Assembly (NCBI GenBank): GCA_965248955.1
Contig: OZ252212.1
Coordinates: 1,217,266-1,281,265 of the forward strand
From: Dehalococcoidia bacterium
GTDB taxonomy: Bacteria; Chloroflexota; Dehalococcoidia; Lucifugimonadales; QGNO01
DNA: 64,000 nt
Direction: 5' to 3'
Shown: piece by piece, positions 43,282-52,249 of the stretch
Layout: each line of letters opens with the position of its first letter
Numbering within the stretch: the first letter of the stretch is position 1
Made by a program: the position numbers and the translations under genes
Notes under the pieces: generated by a model
Seen by the model: the letters and a program-made list of their open reading frames with translations, nothing else
Database searches by the model: none
Told to the model about the DNA's origin: nothing

Positions 43282-44241
43282 CTAGGAGTACCGTATGCGC
43301 GGGTCAAGGTAGGCATACGTCATATCCACCAGCAGATTAGCGACCAATGCTACCAGCACGAAGTAGGTTAGATACGCTTGCACCATGGGCAAATCCCGGA
43401 AGAACATAGCTTGGAGGACGCCGCGGCCGATTCCAGGAATGCTGAAGATGTTTTCGATTACGATGGTGCCGGAAAAGATCAGGCCCATCTGTGCTCCGGC
43501 TATGGTGACAACTGGAAGCAGCGCATTTCTTACGGCGTGTCGCAGAATCACTACCCGCTCTGAGAGACCCTTGGCTCTGGCAGTCCTGACGTAGTCGTCC
43601 CGGAGCACTTCCAATAGCTGTGTCCGGGTCATGCGGAGCAGCGTGCCGTTGACTGAGAAGCCGAGAGCTACGGCAGGGAAGAAGAGCTGTTGGAAGCTTA
43701 CCGCCGGGTCCTGCCACAGATGAGTGAAGCCTATGGGGGGTATCCAGTTGAAGAGCACTGAAAGGAAGAGTATAACAAGCAGACCGACGAAGAAGCTGGG
43801 CATGGCAAGCCCGATGATAGCAATTCCACGCAGGACGTAATCCGCGACTCCGTCCTGCCGTATCGCGGCGAGTATGCCTATGGGAACGGCGATTATCCAG
43901 GTCACTATGATGGTAAAGATGCCGAGCTCCAGTGAGACGGGGAACTGCTGCTTGATGGACCGGGATATCGGCGTATTGGTTACGTAGGAATTCCCAAGGT
44001 CAAAGCGGATCATACCGTAGGCCCAATCCAAGTACTGTAGGGGAATGGGTTTGTTTAAGCCCAGGGTCTCACGCAGGTTGTCTATGTCTTCTTGAGTGTA
44101 TGTAGAGTCGCCCGTTGGGCCGGCCAGGAGAATGGCGGCCACGTCTCCGGGAAGGACGCGCAGAATTACGAATATAACGAGAGAGGCCCCTATCAAAGTA
44201 GGGATGAAGAGGGCGAATCTACGTAAAAGATACTGTCTCAT
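43282..44241 (-). CDS. ABC transporter permease, DppB/OppB type
   Basis: MRQYLLRRFALFIPTLIGASLVIFVILRVLPGD (canonical OppB start). Motif VRTARAKGLSERVVILRHAVRNALLPVVT. Confidence 0.85.
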   Translation of the reverse strand: MRQYLLRRFALFIPTLIGASLVIFVILRVLPGDVAAILLAGPTGDSTYTQEDIDNLRETLGLNKPIPLQYLDWAYGMIRFDLGNSYVTNTPISRSIKQQFPVSLELGIFTIIVTWIIAVPIGILAAIRQDGVADYVLRGIAIIGLAMPSFFVGLLVILFLSVLFNWIPPIGFTHLWQDPAVSFQQLFFPAVALGFSVNGTLLRMTRTQLLEVLRDDYVRTARAKGLSERVVILRHAVRNALLPVVTIAGAQMGLIFSGTIVIENIFSIPGIGRGVLQAMFFRDLPMVQAYLTYFVLVALVANLLVDMTYAYLDPRIRYS

Positions 44242-44309
44242 GGTTCAGTTATGTCAAGTGGGCGCCGCTATCCAGGGGCGCCCACTGACTAGCAAATCGA
44301 CGGACTAGC

Positions 44310-46202
44310 TTACATCATGTCGTCGGACAACCAGACCCTCTCCATGGAGTAGGCGTCTGTATGCACAATGGGCGGCGTCCAGTTCTGCCACGTTGACCTG
44401 TGCAGTCCTATGACTCCCGGTCTGACCATGCCTATCATATGCGCGTCGTCCCAGAATATTCTCGCCATCTGGCGGAGGATTACAGCCCGTTCCTCCTGGT
44501 CGTTGATAACCAGTTGCTGCTCCAAGAGGTCTCTCCATTCAGAATTGACATGGCCGCTGTAGTTGCGTCCACCCTCTTCCCAGGTCAGGTAGGTAGAGAC
44601 GCTGTACCCATCAGGGTCCTGGAAGGAGAGGCCTTTGCTGATCTGGATAACCTGGAAGTTGCCTTCCTCACCAGCTTTGTCCGAGCTGGCGTAGTCCGGG
44701 GCTATGTTGAGATCAGCCTGGATCCAGATCCTCTCTAGCTGCTGGTCAAAGACCTCGCAGTCCCTTGTGCTACCAACGGAGCAAACGAACTCTACAACCA
44801 GCGGGTTGTCCGGACCGTAACCCAGTTCCGTCATTATGGCCTGCGCATCGGCCAAGTCCCTTGCCTGCACGTCAGGCGTGGAATCAAGGCCCTTGTACTC
44901 CGCCAGCCATTCATCAACGGTGTGAATCCAGTCCCAGCCAATGAAGTACGGCGTGGATAGATGGCCTGTGCCATTGAAGGCGAGCTGGTTGAACTCGTTG
45001 CGGTCTGCCATCCACTGAATAGCCGTGCGAAGCTTGTCGGCGGTGGGGTCACCTACCGGCCCGAACGGCGGCTTTTGGGTGTTCAGAGGGAACCCGCGCC
45101 AGCCGTTGGCGTTCACGCGAGGTTGGCGAATTGCGTCTTCACCCAAGCGATCCACTATTCTCGCAACGTCGCGCGGTGAAGGAGCGTCACCGAATAGACC
45201 CAGGTAGTCAACCTGGCCCGCCATAAAGGCAGCTACGCGTGTGTTGGCATCAGGTATTGCCAGGACCTCGTAGCCATCCAGGTAAGGGTACTCAGGCAGG
45301 AAATAGTTGGGGTTCCGCTCCAAGCCGGCGCGGTTGTTGTCTTCGAATACGGTCAGCATGAATGCACCCGTGCCAACAACCTCACCCTTGGTGAAGTCAA
45401 TGTCTCTCCAGGTGCCGCTCTCGTCTATGGGCCTGGTGTAGGTGTCAGGCATAACGGCTGTCCATGGAGACACGAAGCAGGCCAGGAAAGCGGCTCTCGG
45501 CGCTTTGAGTCTAACGACTAGCTCGGTGTCCGAGAGGGCTTCAACCCCTGGCTCAGGCAGTGGGCTGCCCATGTCGTCAACTACGTTCTTGACGTAGGCT
45601 CGGAGGCATCCCTGGCGCTTCGAGGAAAGGCCGTTCGGTCTATCGATGTAGCGGTACAAGGAGTACGCAGCGTCTTCCGCGGTAAACCTGTTGCCGTCAT
45701 GGTCAACGATGTTGTCGCGTATTTGGAATCTGTAAGTGGTTCCATCCGCGTCCAACGACCAAGACTCAGCAAGGTCGTTCTCCACTGTCTGCTTATCAGC
45801 CAGGCTGAAACGAAGCAATTGGCCCCAGACGTTGCCAGCGAATCCCAGCGCTGTCCATCCGTAACCGACAGTATTGCCGGTGAAATCGAACTGGCCCGGG
45901 GACCCTACGCCACTCCCGCCTATGGCAGTGGTGCCGCCGTAAACGGGTCCTCCGCCTTCCGGAACCGGAGTCGGCGTGTTGGTGGGCTGCGGTACGGCCG
46001 TCACTCCGGGTGCGGGCGGTATGGGCGTTGCCGTTGGCGTGGGCACCGTAATCTGTGGCACCTGCAGCGCTGCCGTGGGTGTGGGAGTAGGCGCGTCTGG
46101 CGTAGGTGTGGCCTCTTCTGAAGGTCCGCACGCTAGAACTGCCAGCAGCCCAATGGAAACAATCACACCCAGTGATTTCCTTAAGCTAAGTCCTAAATGC
46201 AT
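44310..46202 (-). CDS. Family-5 (peptide/nickel type) ABC substrate-binding lipoprotein
   Basis: ATG at 46202, 8 nt after GGAGG. Lipobox LAVLACG, then a PT-rich linker and an SBP_bac_5-like body (~630 aa). The ORF track starts 5 codons earlier. Confidence 0.85.
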   Translation of the reverse strand: MHLGLSLRKSLGVIVSIGLLAVLACGPSEEATPTPDAPTPTPTAALQVPQITVPTPTATPIPPAPGVTAVPQPTNTPTPVPEGGGPVYGGTTAIGGSGVGSPGQFDFTGNTVGYGWTALGFAGNVWGQLLRFSLADKQTVENDLAESWSLDADGTTYRFQIRDNIVDHDGNRFTAEDAAYSLYRYIDRPNGLSSKRQGCLRAYVKNVVDDMGSPLPEPGVEALSDTELVVRLKAPRAAFLACFVSPWTAVMPDTYTRPIDESGTWRDIDFTKGEVVGTGAFMLTVFEDNNRAGLERNPNYFLPEYPYLDGYEVLAIPDANTRVAAFMAGQVDYLGLFGDAPSPRDVARIVDRLGEDAIRQPRVNANGWRGFPLNTQKPPFGPVGDPTADKLRTAIQWMADRNEFNQLAFNGTGHLSTPYFIGWDWIHTVDEWLAEYKGLDSTPDVQARDLADAQAIMTELGYGPDNPLVVEFVCSVGSTRDCEVFDQQLERIWIQADLNIAPDYASSDKAGEEGNFQVIQISKGLSFQDPDGYSVSTYLTWEEGGRNYSGHVNSEWRDLLEQQLVINDQEERAVILRQMARIFWDDAHMIGMVRPGVIGLHRSTWQNWTPPIVHTDAYSMERVWLSDDMM

Positions 46203-46443
46203 TTTCTCACCCTCCAAAATGGTAAGTTCTACTAGAGCGTGTTAGCAACGCTCTGCAAGAAAACCGCAACAATTGTATGGCTTATCTTGTGTTTGTCAAT
46301 ACCTCCTTAGAAACAATCTTAAGGATTCCGACGCTACAAACGCTACAAAACGTCTTACGAACAAGAGCCCAACTTGGATTTCTCGTCATCTTTGCATAGA
46401 ATAGGCCTCACTCTAAGAATAGTTCGAAACGGGGAGGAGCCAG

Positions 46444-47844
46444 ATGTCTGCGAATCTAACCAGCCTGACCTTGGCGGACGCTGCCAAAGCAATCGGGGCC
46501 CGTAAACTTTCACCTGTTGAGCTTACGCAGGCCGTACTTCATCGCATTGACGCGCTCAATCCCAAATTGAATGCATTCCTTACCGTATTAGGTGATAGAG
46601 CGCTGGCAACCGCGCGACAAGCGGAGCAGGAGATATCTCAAGGGAACTATCGCAGTCCACTGCACGGCATACCTTATGCGGTCAAGGATATCTATTCCAC
46701 AAGAGGCACACGCACTACCAACGGCTCCAGCGTATTCTCGGAGTATGTTCCGAATCAGGACAGTACCGCCGTGCGCAATTTGAATAGAGCCGGCGGAGTG
46801 CTGGTCGGCAAGAACCACTGCCTGGAGTTCGCCTGCGGCAACCACAACAGCCTATACGGGGAAGTGCGCAACCCCTGGAATCTGGAACACACCCCCGGCG
46901 GCTCTTCCAGCGGTTCGGCGTCCTCCGTGGCAGCCGGCATGGTCTTTGGCTCCATGGGTTCCTGTACCGGCGGGTCGATTCGTGGGCCGGCTTCCTTCTG
47001 TAGTATTGTCGGTCTGAAGCCTACGTACGGCCTGGTGAGCAGATACGGGGTTTTCCCTCTGAGCTGGTCCATAGACCATGCCGGGCCTTTAACCAGGACC
47101 GTGGAAGATTGCGCCTTGATGCTGCAGGCAGTGGCCGGCTACGACTCAAGAGACCCGTCGTCGGCAAGGGTGCGCCTACCCGACTATGCCGGGGCGCTGA
47201 AGGGCGGCATCGGGAAAATCCGCGTTGGAGTGCCCAAGGAGTTCAACGAAGGCGCCACGGAAGAGGTGACAGCCCTGGCGCAACAGGCTATAGGAGTGCT
47301 CAGCGAGCTCGGCGCCTCCGTAGAGGAGGTGTCTCTGCCGTTAACTGCTGAGTATGCTGCCGTCTCTGGCAACACCATCACCTGGAGCGAGGCTGCCCAA
47401 GTGCACGCTCCCTGGATAGACCGGCTCAATGAATACACCGTGGGCGTGCAGCAAAAGGTCCTGGTAGGATCTGTGATATCTTCTACCATGTACCACAAGG
47501 CGCAGCTCTTGAGAAGGCAGATACAGGATGAGATCAGCCGAGTCATGAAAAACGTGGACGTTTTGGTGGGCCCCACCATGGCGGCTCCTCCCGGACAGAT
47601 ACAAGCAAGCGTGGCGGCTGGCGGCGACGCCGGAGCATTGAGAATGGCTACTCAACGCAGCTTCACCCGTCCCCAGAATCTGACAGGCCAGCCGGCGGTG
47701 AGCGTACCATGCGGCTTCTCCACCCAGGGGCTGCCCGTTGGCCTGCAAATATCGGGGCGCTTGTTTGAAGACGACGTGGTATTGAAGGTGGCCCACGCTT
47801 ACGAGCAGGCTACGGAATGGCACAATAAACATCCTGAAATTTAG
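46444..47844 (+). CDS. Amidase-signature enzyme (GatA/AtzE-like)
   Basis: LHGIPYAVKDIYSTRGTRTTNGS plus the GGSSSGSASSVAAG amidase signature. 466 aa. Confidence 0.85.
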   Translation: MSANLTSLTLADAAKAIGARKLSPVELTQAVLHRIDALNPKLNAFLTVLGDRALATARQAEQEISQGNYRSPLHGIPYAVKDIYSTRGTRTTNGSSVFSEYVPNQDSTAVRNLNRAGGVLVGKNHCLEFACGNHNSLYGEVRNPWNLEHTPGGSSSGSASSVAAGMVFGSMGSCTGGSIRGPASFCSIVGLKPTYGLVSRYGVFPLSWSIDHAGPLTRTVEDCALMLQAVAGYDSRDPSSARVRLPDYAGALKGGIGKIRVGVPKEFNEGATEEVTALAQQAIGVLSELGASVEEVSLPLTAEYAAVSGNTITWSEAAQVHAPWIDRLNEYTVGVQQKVLVGSVISSTMYHKAQLLRRQIQDEISRVMKNVDVLVGPTMAAPPGQIQASVAAGGDAGALRMATQRSFTRPQNLTGQPAVSVPCGFSTQGLPVGLQISGRLFEDDVVLKVAHAYEQATEWHNKHPEI

Positions 47845-47854
47845 GGAGAGAGCC

Positions 47855-48049
47855 ATGAGCATAACCAAGGATATGGTTAGTAAACTGTTGCGGCAGGAGG
47901 GCATCCACGCTTCCGAGGAGCAGGTAGAGACCACGCTGAAGCTGCACAATGCCCTGGATGAGCAAATGGGAAAGGCATCCGCTGAATCATTGGCAGCAAC
48001 GGAGCCTCACTACATACAACCCACTAGAGCCCAGCCCAAGCGCAGATAA
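47855..48049 (+). CDS. Small GatC/AtzG-like putative partner subunit of the amidase (64 aa)
   Basis: It starts 10 nt after the amidase stop. The helical pattern ..MVSKLLRQEGIHASEEQVETTLKLHNALDEQMGKASAESLAATEP.. resembles GatC (L..L..L.L.eeE......l..il......l......EP). Assignment is by pattern and context only. Confidence 0.45.
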   Translation: MSITKDMVSKLLRQEGIHASEEQVETTLKLHNALDEQMGKASAESLAATEPHYIQPTRAQPKRR

Positions 48050-48064
48050 AGACTGGAGGCACCA

Positions 48065-48727
48065 ATGGTAACGGTCAACCCGCGTTCCTTTACCTCAGAC
48101 AACGAATTGATAGACGCCTACAAGAAGATACTGGCCCCTTCGCTGGGTCATTTCCTGAATGGAGGGATGGAGCCTGCCATCAGAGCCCTATGGCAGCCGG
48201 TGAAGCTGGTTGGCCCGGCGCTGACCGTGCAGACCACTCCCAACTCTACCGCTGCCCTGGCCAGAGCGTCGGAGATTGCCCAGCCGGGCGACGTGATTGT
48301 GATGAGCCGCGGCGGCGAGCACCGGAACGCTACCACCGGCGACTTCGCGGTGCTCAATTTCCAGGAAAAGGGCATAGCGGGAATGGTCACCGACGGCCTG
48401 GTCACGGACCAGCGGGCCATTGAACGGTTGAAGTTCCCCGTATTCTGCCGCGGCGTTTCGGCGATTATAGCCAAGCGGTCCGGTTCGGAAGAGGGCGCGG
48501 TCAACGTGCCGGTGGAGGTGGGCGGCCTAACGGTAAATCCCGGCGACCTCATAGTTGCCGACGAGGACGGCGTGATAGTCGCCAGCTTCGATGAGGCGCG
48601 GGAACAGCTCGAGGCGTGCCTGGAGCTCGAGGAGTGGGAGGCGTACGCCCTGGGACAACTGGCCAAAGGCAGGCCGATTTCAGAGGTCATGCAGGACAGG
48701 CAGACTTACAAGCAAAAATCCAATTAG
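48065..48727 (+). CDS. RraA-family protein (RraA / HMG-CHA aldolase / oxaloacetate decarboxylase-like)
   Basis: GPALTVQT....IAQPGDVIVMSRGG..NATTGDFAVLNFQEKGIAGMVTDGLVTDQRAIERLKFPVFCRG...VEVGGLTVNPGDLIVADEDGVIV fits the RraA-fold consensus. Confidence 0.75.
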   Translation: MVTVNPRSFTSDNELIDAYKKILAPSLGHFLNGGMEPAIRALWQPVKLVGPALTVQTTPNSTAALARASEIAQPGDVIVMSRGGEHRNATTGDFAVLNFQEKGIAGMVTDGLVTDQRAIERLKFPVFCRGVSAIIAKRSGSEEGAVNVPVEVGGLTVNPGDLIVADEDGVIVASFDEAREQLEACLELEEWEAYALGQLAKGRPISEVMQDRQTYKQKSN

Positions 48728-48746
48728 TCATGGGGGAAGGCCGGCA

Positions 48747-49337
48747 ATGCTTCAGCAAATAGAGATGATGCGGGTAATTCAAGAGTACAGGGGAGAAGCG
48801 GTGGTTATTCCGGTGTTTCGCGCTACTCCCCGCTGGAAAGAGGTGAGCGATCACCCAGAGCTGGACTTGCCGGTAGGCGGCGCCATGGGCAAGGCATCCT
48901 CGTTTGCCTTGGGGGTGGCGCTGGCCCGGCCGGACAAGGCGGTTATCCTGCTGGACGGCGATGGCAGTCTTGAAATGAACCTGGGTGCATTGATAACCAT
49001 TGGAGAGCAGCGGCCCAAGAACCTGTACCACTTCGTGGTGCAGAACGGCGTTTATGCTTCCACAGGCGGGCAGCCCATAGTTGGAGCGGATACGGTTTCT
49101 TTCAGAGACATGGCGCTGTCCGCGGGGTACAATGCTGCCTACGACTTCGACGACTTGGAGGAGTTCAGCACTGCGGCCGGCGAGATATTCAATACGGAAG
49201 GGCCTGTACTGGCAACGGTTAGGATAGAGCCTGAGATCAGGACGCCTGAAGAGAGGGCCGCGGAGAGGGGCAGCGCAGGCGCGCGCGGCCCCTGGGTGGC
49301 GTACCATAGCTTGAAGGAAGAGCTGGCAAAGTCTTAA
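48747..49337 (+). CDS. Thiamine-diphosphate-binding (PP-domain only) protein, sulfopyruvate/phosphonopyruvate decarboxylase beta-subunit-like
   Basis: GAMGKASSFALGVALARPDKAVILLDGDGSLEMNLGALITIG...NLYHFVVQNGVYASTGGQP carries the GDGS-N ThDP motif, co-linear with ComE-type beta subunits. The ATG at 48747 is preferred over the ORF-track start at 48591, which overlaps the RraA-like gene. Confidence 0.75.
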   Translation: MLQQIEMMRVIQEYRGEAVVIPVFRATPRWKEVSDHPELDLPVGGAMGKASSFALGVALARPDKAVILLDGDGSLEMNLGALITIGEQRPKNLYHFVVQNGVYASTGGQPIVGADTVSFRDMALSAGYNAAYDFDDLEEFSTAAGEIFNTEGPVLATVRIEPEIRTPEERAAERGSAGARGPWVAYHSLKEELAKS

Positions 49338-49370
49338 GAGGGGGGCGGATAACCCGCCCCCCTCTTTCAT
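49338..49370. terminator. Bidirectional intrinsic terminator between convergent genes
   Basis: 11-bp GC stem GAGGGGGGCGG / CCGCCCCCCTC with a 5-nt loop, followed by TTTCATTT. It starts right after the TAA at 49335-49337 and ends 4 nt before the stop of the minus-strand gene. Confidence 0.75.
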
Positions 49371-49373
49371 TTC

Positions 49374-50741
49374 TCAATACCACTCGTTGCGGAACGTTTC
49401 GTAGTTGACGAAAGACGGCTTGGCGGCATGCGGTATGGGTAACTGCACCGGGCCGTTTTCTCTCGATGGCAAGTATACCGTGACTGTGCCCGGCACCTGT
49501 GCTTCGCCTACCTGGTTGGCTCCTTGCCAGCGGATGCCGACTGCGTGGTACGTAGCCTCTCCGGGGACACCCCCTGGTTCGCTGTTGCCCTTCTGTACTT
49601 CTGTGTACTTCTTTACTACTTCACCGGTATAGGTTGTGACGTCGGCGTAGTATACGGGCCTCCTCAGTGCCGAGTACATGCGGCGTATGAAACCGTCGTC
49701 GCCCATCCAGTTGGTGAAAAGCTGCTCCGGTATCTGGAACCGCTGACCCCCGTGGTCGAAGGGGCCAGGCTGACCGCGGAAAGCGGCCAGTAAGGCGTCT
49801 TCATGCTCCGCTCCCGGAGTCCAGGGCCAGAGAGTATTGGGGTGAGTCCGCGCGCTGCCCGGCCTTTCTCTCATGCGGCGGTAAGCTGATTCAAAGGAAA
49901 GGACGTCTTTTTCCTTGATGGGGACGTCTCCCGGATTGTCTCCGGTGCCCACAGTCTGAGAATTGACGGTGTCCTGGCAGACCTGGTCTTGCAGAGTCCA
50001 GGGCGGAAGGACAAGGGGGCCCAGTTTGTCGCCCACCTCTATGTCTTCCCAGTACAGCGTATTGGAGCCCCTGCGCTCCGCGCCCTCCACCCGTTTGACG
50101 AGATCTTCCATCTCCTGCTTGGAGTAGCTTTGGGCTTTTCGCTCATAGAGCATACTTTCGCCCAGGCGTTCCACGTCCATAGCCCTGGAAGTGCCCATGG
50201 TCCTTTGCGGCACCATGATCAGAGTGCCGTAGGACTTGGCTCTGAGGTCGTTGTGGAAGTCCCAGTAGTTCACTTCCGAAATGAGGAACAGCAGGTCTCC
50301 GTGGCCCCCCTTCTTCTCGATGAGCTCTTTGGTCTCCTTCGACGTCCTGAACCTATCGCCTACTCTCAGCACGTCAAAGAACTCCCAGGCGCATCCGGCC
50401 ACAAAGTTGGCTACAGGATAGCCCTGGGGACGAGTGGCCCCGTGAATGCCCGGGTACCTTATGTAGTTCAATACAGGCCCAGGAGCCAGTTGCGTGCCAT
50501 AGCGGGTCTTCCTGGCATAGTCCGGGTCTGTATAGATAGGGTTGTTGTCGCCTATTGCGCGGGCGTATTTGGTGATGAAGTTGGAATCAAGCCGGATGGG
50601 TGATTCGTAGGGAGGCCCTTCTTGCTCGTAAGGACAGGGCGTGTTGGGCGGGATGCCCTCCAGTGATTCCGTATCGATAAACTCCTTGGTTTTTGCTATG
50701 AACTCAACTACGGCTTCTTCAAAGGTCTGTTCTATAGTCAT
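49374..50741 (-). CDS. Double hot-dog fold (MaoC/FAS1-like) hydratase-dehydratase family protein
   Basis: The N-terminal half has ITKYARAIGDNNPIYTDPDYARKTRYGTQLAPGP, typical of MaoC_dehydrat_N. The second half has the size and pattern of a hot-dog domain. GGAGGAGG Shine-Dalgarno upstream. Functional class only. Confidence 0.55.
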   Translation of the reverse strand: MTIEQTFEEAVVEFIAKTKEFIDTESLEGIPPNTPCPYEQEGPPYESPIRLDSNFITKYARAIGDNNPIYTDPDYARKTRYGTQLAPGPVLNYIRYPGIHGATRPQGYPVANFVAGCAWEFFDVLRVGDRFRTSKETKELIEKKGGHGDLLFLISEVNYWDFHNDLRAKSYGTLIMVPQRTMGTSRAMDVERLGESMLYERKAQSYSKQEMEDLVKRVEGAERRGSNTLYWEDIEVGDKLGPLVLPPWTLQDQVCQDTVNSQTVGTGDNPGDVPIKEKDVLSFESAYRRMRERPGSARTHPNTLWPWTPGAEHEDALLAAFRGQPGPFDHGGQRFQIPEQLFTNWMGDDGFIRRMYSALRRPVYYADVTTYTGEVVKKYTEVQKGNSEPGGVPGEATYHAVGIRWQGANQVGEAQVPGTVTVYLPSRENGPVQLPIPHAAKPSFVNYETFRNEWY

Positions 50742-50787
50742 ACGTACCTCCTCCCTGCCAGCGTGGCTACACTAGATTATATGCAAA

Positions 50788-50819
50788 TGGGCAAGTGGGC
50801 AAGCGGGCAGACGGGCAGA
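50788..50819 (+). repeat. Octamer micro-tandem repeat (TGGGCAAG x2, CGGGCAGA x2, plus a partial unit)
   Basis: Read directly at 50788-50823. It sits just upstream (minus-strand sense) of a perfect TATAAT (complement of 50776-50781) that faces the hot-dog hydratase gene. Confidence 0.8.
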
Positions 50820-50833
50820 CGGACACCCTCTTT

Positions 50834-50859
50834 CGTCATTGCGAGGAACCGAAGCAATC
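50834..50859 (-). repeat. Hairpin repeat copy D (same family as 30121-30148, opposite orientation)
   Basis: CGTCATTGCGAGGAACCGAAGCAATC versus the reverse complement of 30122-30148, CGTCATTGCGAGGATACCGAAGCAATC. They are identical apart from a single 1-nt indel. Confidence 0.8.
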
Positions 50860-50910
50860 TGGTGGTGGTGTGGGGCGTCCCCTATGCGGCAGGGGGCAAG
50901 GGGGGGCGGG

Positions 50911-52137
50911 CTACCCGGAATCGGGGTCCGGCGGCTTGAGCCTGGATCCCATCCTGGCTATGACCGTTGCCGCATAGGTTACGATGACGACGCCTCCCAT
51001 TCCCACGGCGAGCGGCGCGCCTGCCGCGCTGGCAACGGCGCCTACGACGAAGCCGCCCGCGGGCGTGAACCCCCACGTCATGCCGTACAGCCCCAGCACA
51101 CGGCCCCTCATATTGTCGTCTGACGATAGCTGGAGCAGTGTGTTGATAGATGCGTCGTACACTACAAGGGAAAGCCCGATGATGGCTACTAGGACAAGCG
51201 ATATTGCATACAAGGAAGAGAAAGCAAATAGAACAATGCCTATCCCTGCACCCAATGTGCCTATGGTGAGCAGCCTCCATTTGTTTGGGAAATCACTGAA
51301 GCTGGCCAATACCGCCGTACCTATCAGCGCGCCGGCTCCCCCTGCCGCGGAAAGGTACCCAAGTCCGGTGGCCCCCACGCCCAGAACGGTCTTGGCTATC
51401 ACAGGAAGCATGATAATGTAGGAGAATCCGAATGATTCCGTGAGGACGCTGAGCATCAGCAAGGCTCGCAAGGGGCTGTTTCCTGCAACGTATGCAAGTC
51501 CCTGTCCAAGGTTGCGCCAAATGGATTCCTTCCTCTGTTGCACGGACCTGGCAACCTTCATAAAAAACAGAGGAAGTACGCTGACTGAGTAGGCCACACC
51601 GGCTAGAGCAAAGGCGGCTCCTATACCTGCTGAGTTGATTACATTGCCGGCAAGCACGGATCCAGCGGTCCAAGAGATATGGAATCCCCCCAGGGTGTAG
51701 GCAACGGCATTCATCAGCCGGCGCGGGCCTACGGTATCGTAGATAAGGCCGTTGAAGGCAGGTGCGACGATGCCGTCAGCGGAACCTTGTATAAAAACAA
51801 CGACAAGCACGTGCCAGAGTTGTGCCCTATCTTGCAAGACTAGCAGTGCCAGGCCCAACAGGACCAGCCCGCTTATGGCTCTGAACGTGCTTAACACCAT
51901 GCGGCGGCTCAACCGGTCTGCCAGGACCCCTCCAACAAGTGCAAAGGCTATGTGTCCGGCGCCACGTATACCTGAAGCTATGCCAACCCAGAGGGCGGAA
52001 TCGTCAGTAAGCAAGAGCACCATCCAGCCCTGGGCAATAAGCTCCGTTGCCGCTCCTATTACGTAGATGGCGCTGCTCCCCCACAGAAGGCGGAAGTCGC
52101 GTATGCTCAAAGTGCTAAAAATGCGAGGCGCCGGCAT
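50911..52137 (-). CDS. MFS transporter (EntS/MFS_3-like, 12 TMS)
   Basis: IRDFRLLWGSSAIYVIGAATELIAQGWMVLLLT and GGVLADRLSRRMVL (motif A). 408 aa. Confidence 0.8.
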   Translation of the reverse strand: MPAPRIFSTLSIRDFRLLWGSSAIYVIGAATELIAQGWMVLLLTDDSALWVGIASGIRGAGHIAFALVGGVLADRLSRRMVLSTFRAISGLVLLGLALLVLQDRAQLWHVLVVVFIQGSADGIVAPAFNGLIYDTVGPRRLMNAVAYTLGGFHISWTAGSVLAGNVINSAGIGAAFALAGVAYSVSVLPLFFMKVARSVQQRKESIWRNLGQGLAYVAGNSPLRALLMLSVLTESFGFSYIIMLPVIAKTVLGVGATGLGYLSAAGGAGALIGTAVLASFSDFPNKWRLLTIGTLGAGIGIVLFAFSSLYAISLVLVAIIGLSLVVYDASINTLLQLSSDDNMRGRVLGLYGMTWGFTPAGGFVVGAVASAAGAPLAVGMGGVVIVTYAATVIARMGSRLKPPDPDSG

Positions 52138-52249
52138 GGTTCAGCAAGCCCTAGTGCAAGTAACGCAGAGGTTATCCATCAAAGACTGGTCATCCAAATA
52201 AGAGAGAGGATATTCCAAAACTACCACCGATTTAATATACTATTTTTCT

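Noticed and set aside
46332-46349. Tandem 9-mer CGCTACAAA CGCTACAAA, plus a 7-bp hairpin (46233-46253), in the divergent SBP/amidase spacer
   Set aside because: This could be a regulator site, but it is only two short copies in an AT-richer spacer. There is no regulator gene nearby and no way to assess significance without genome-wide counts.
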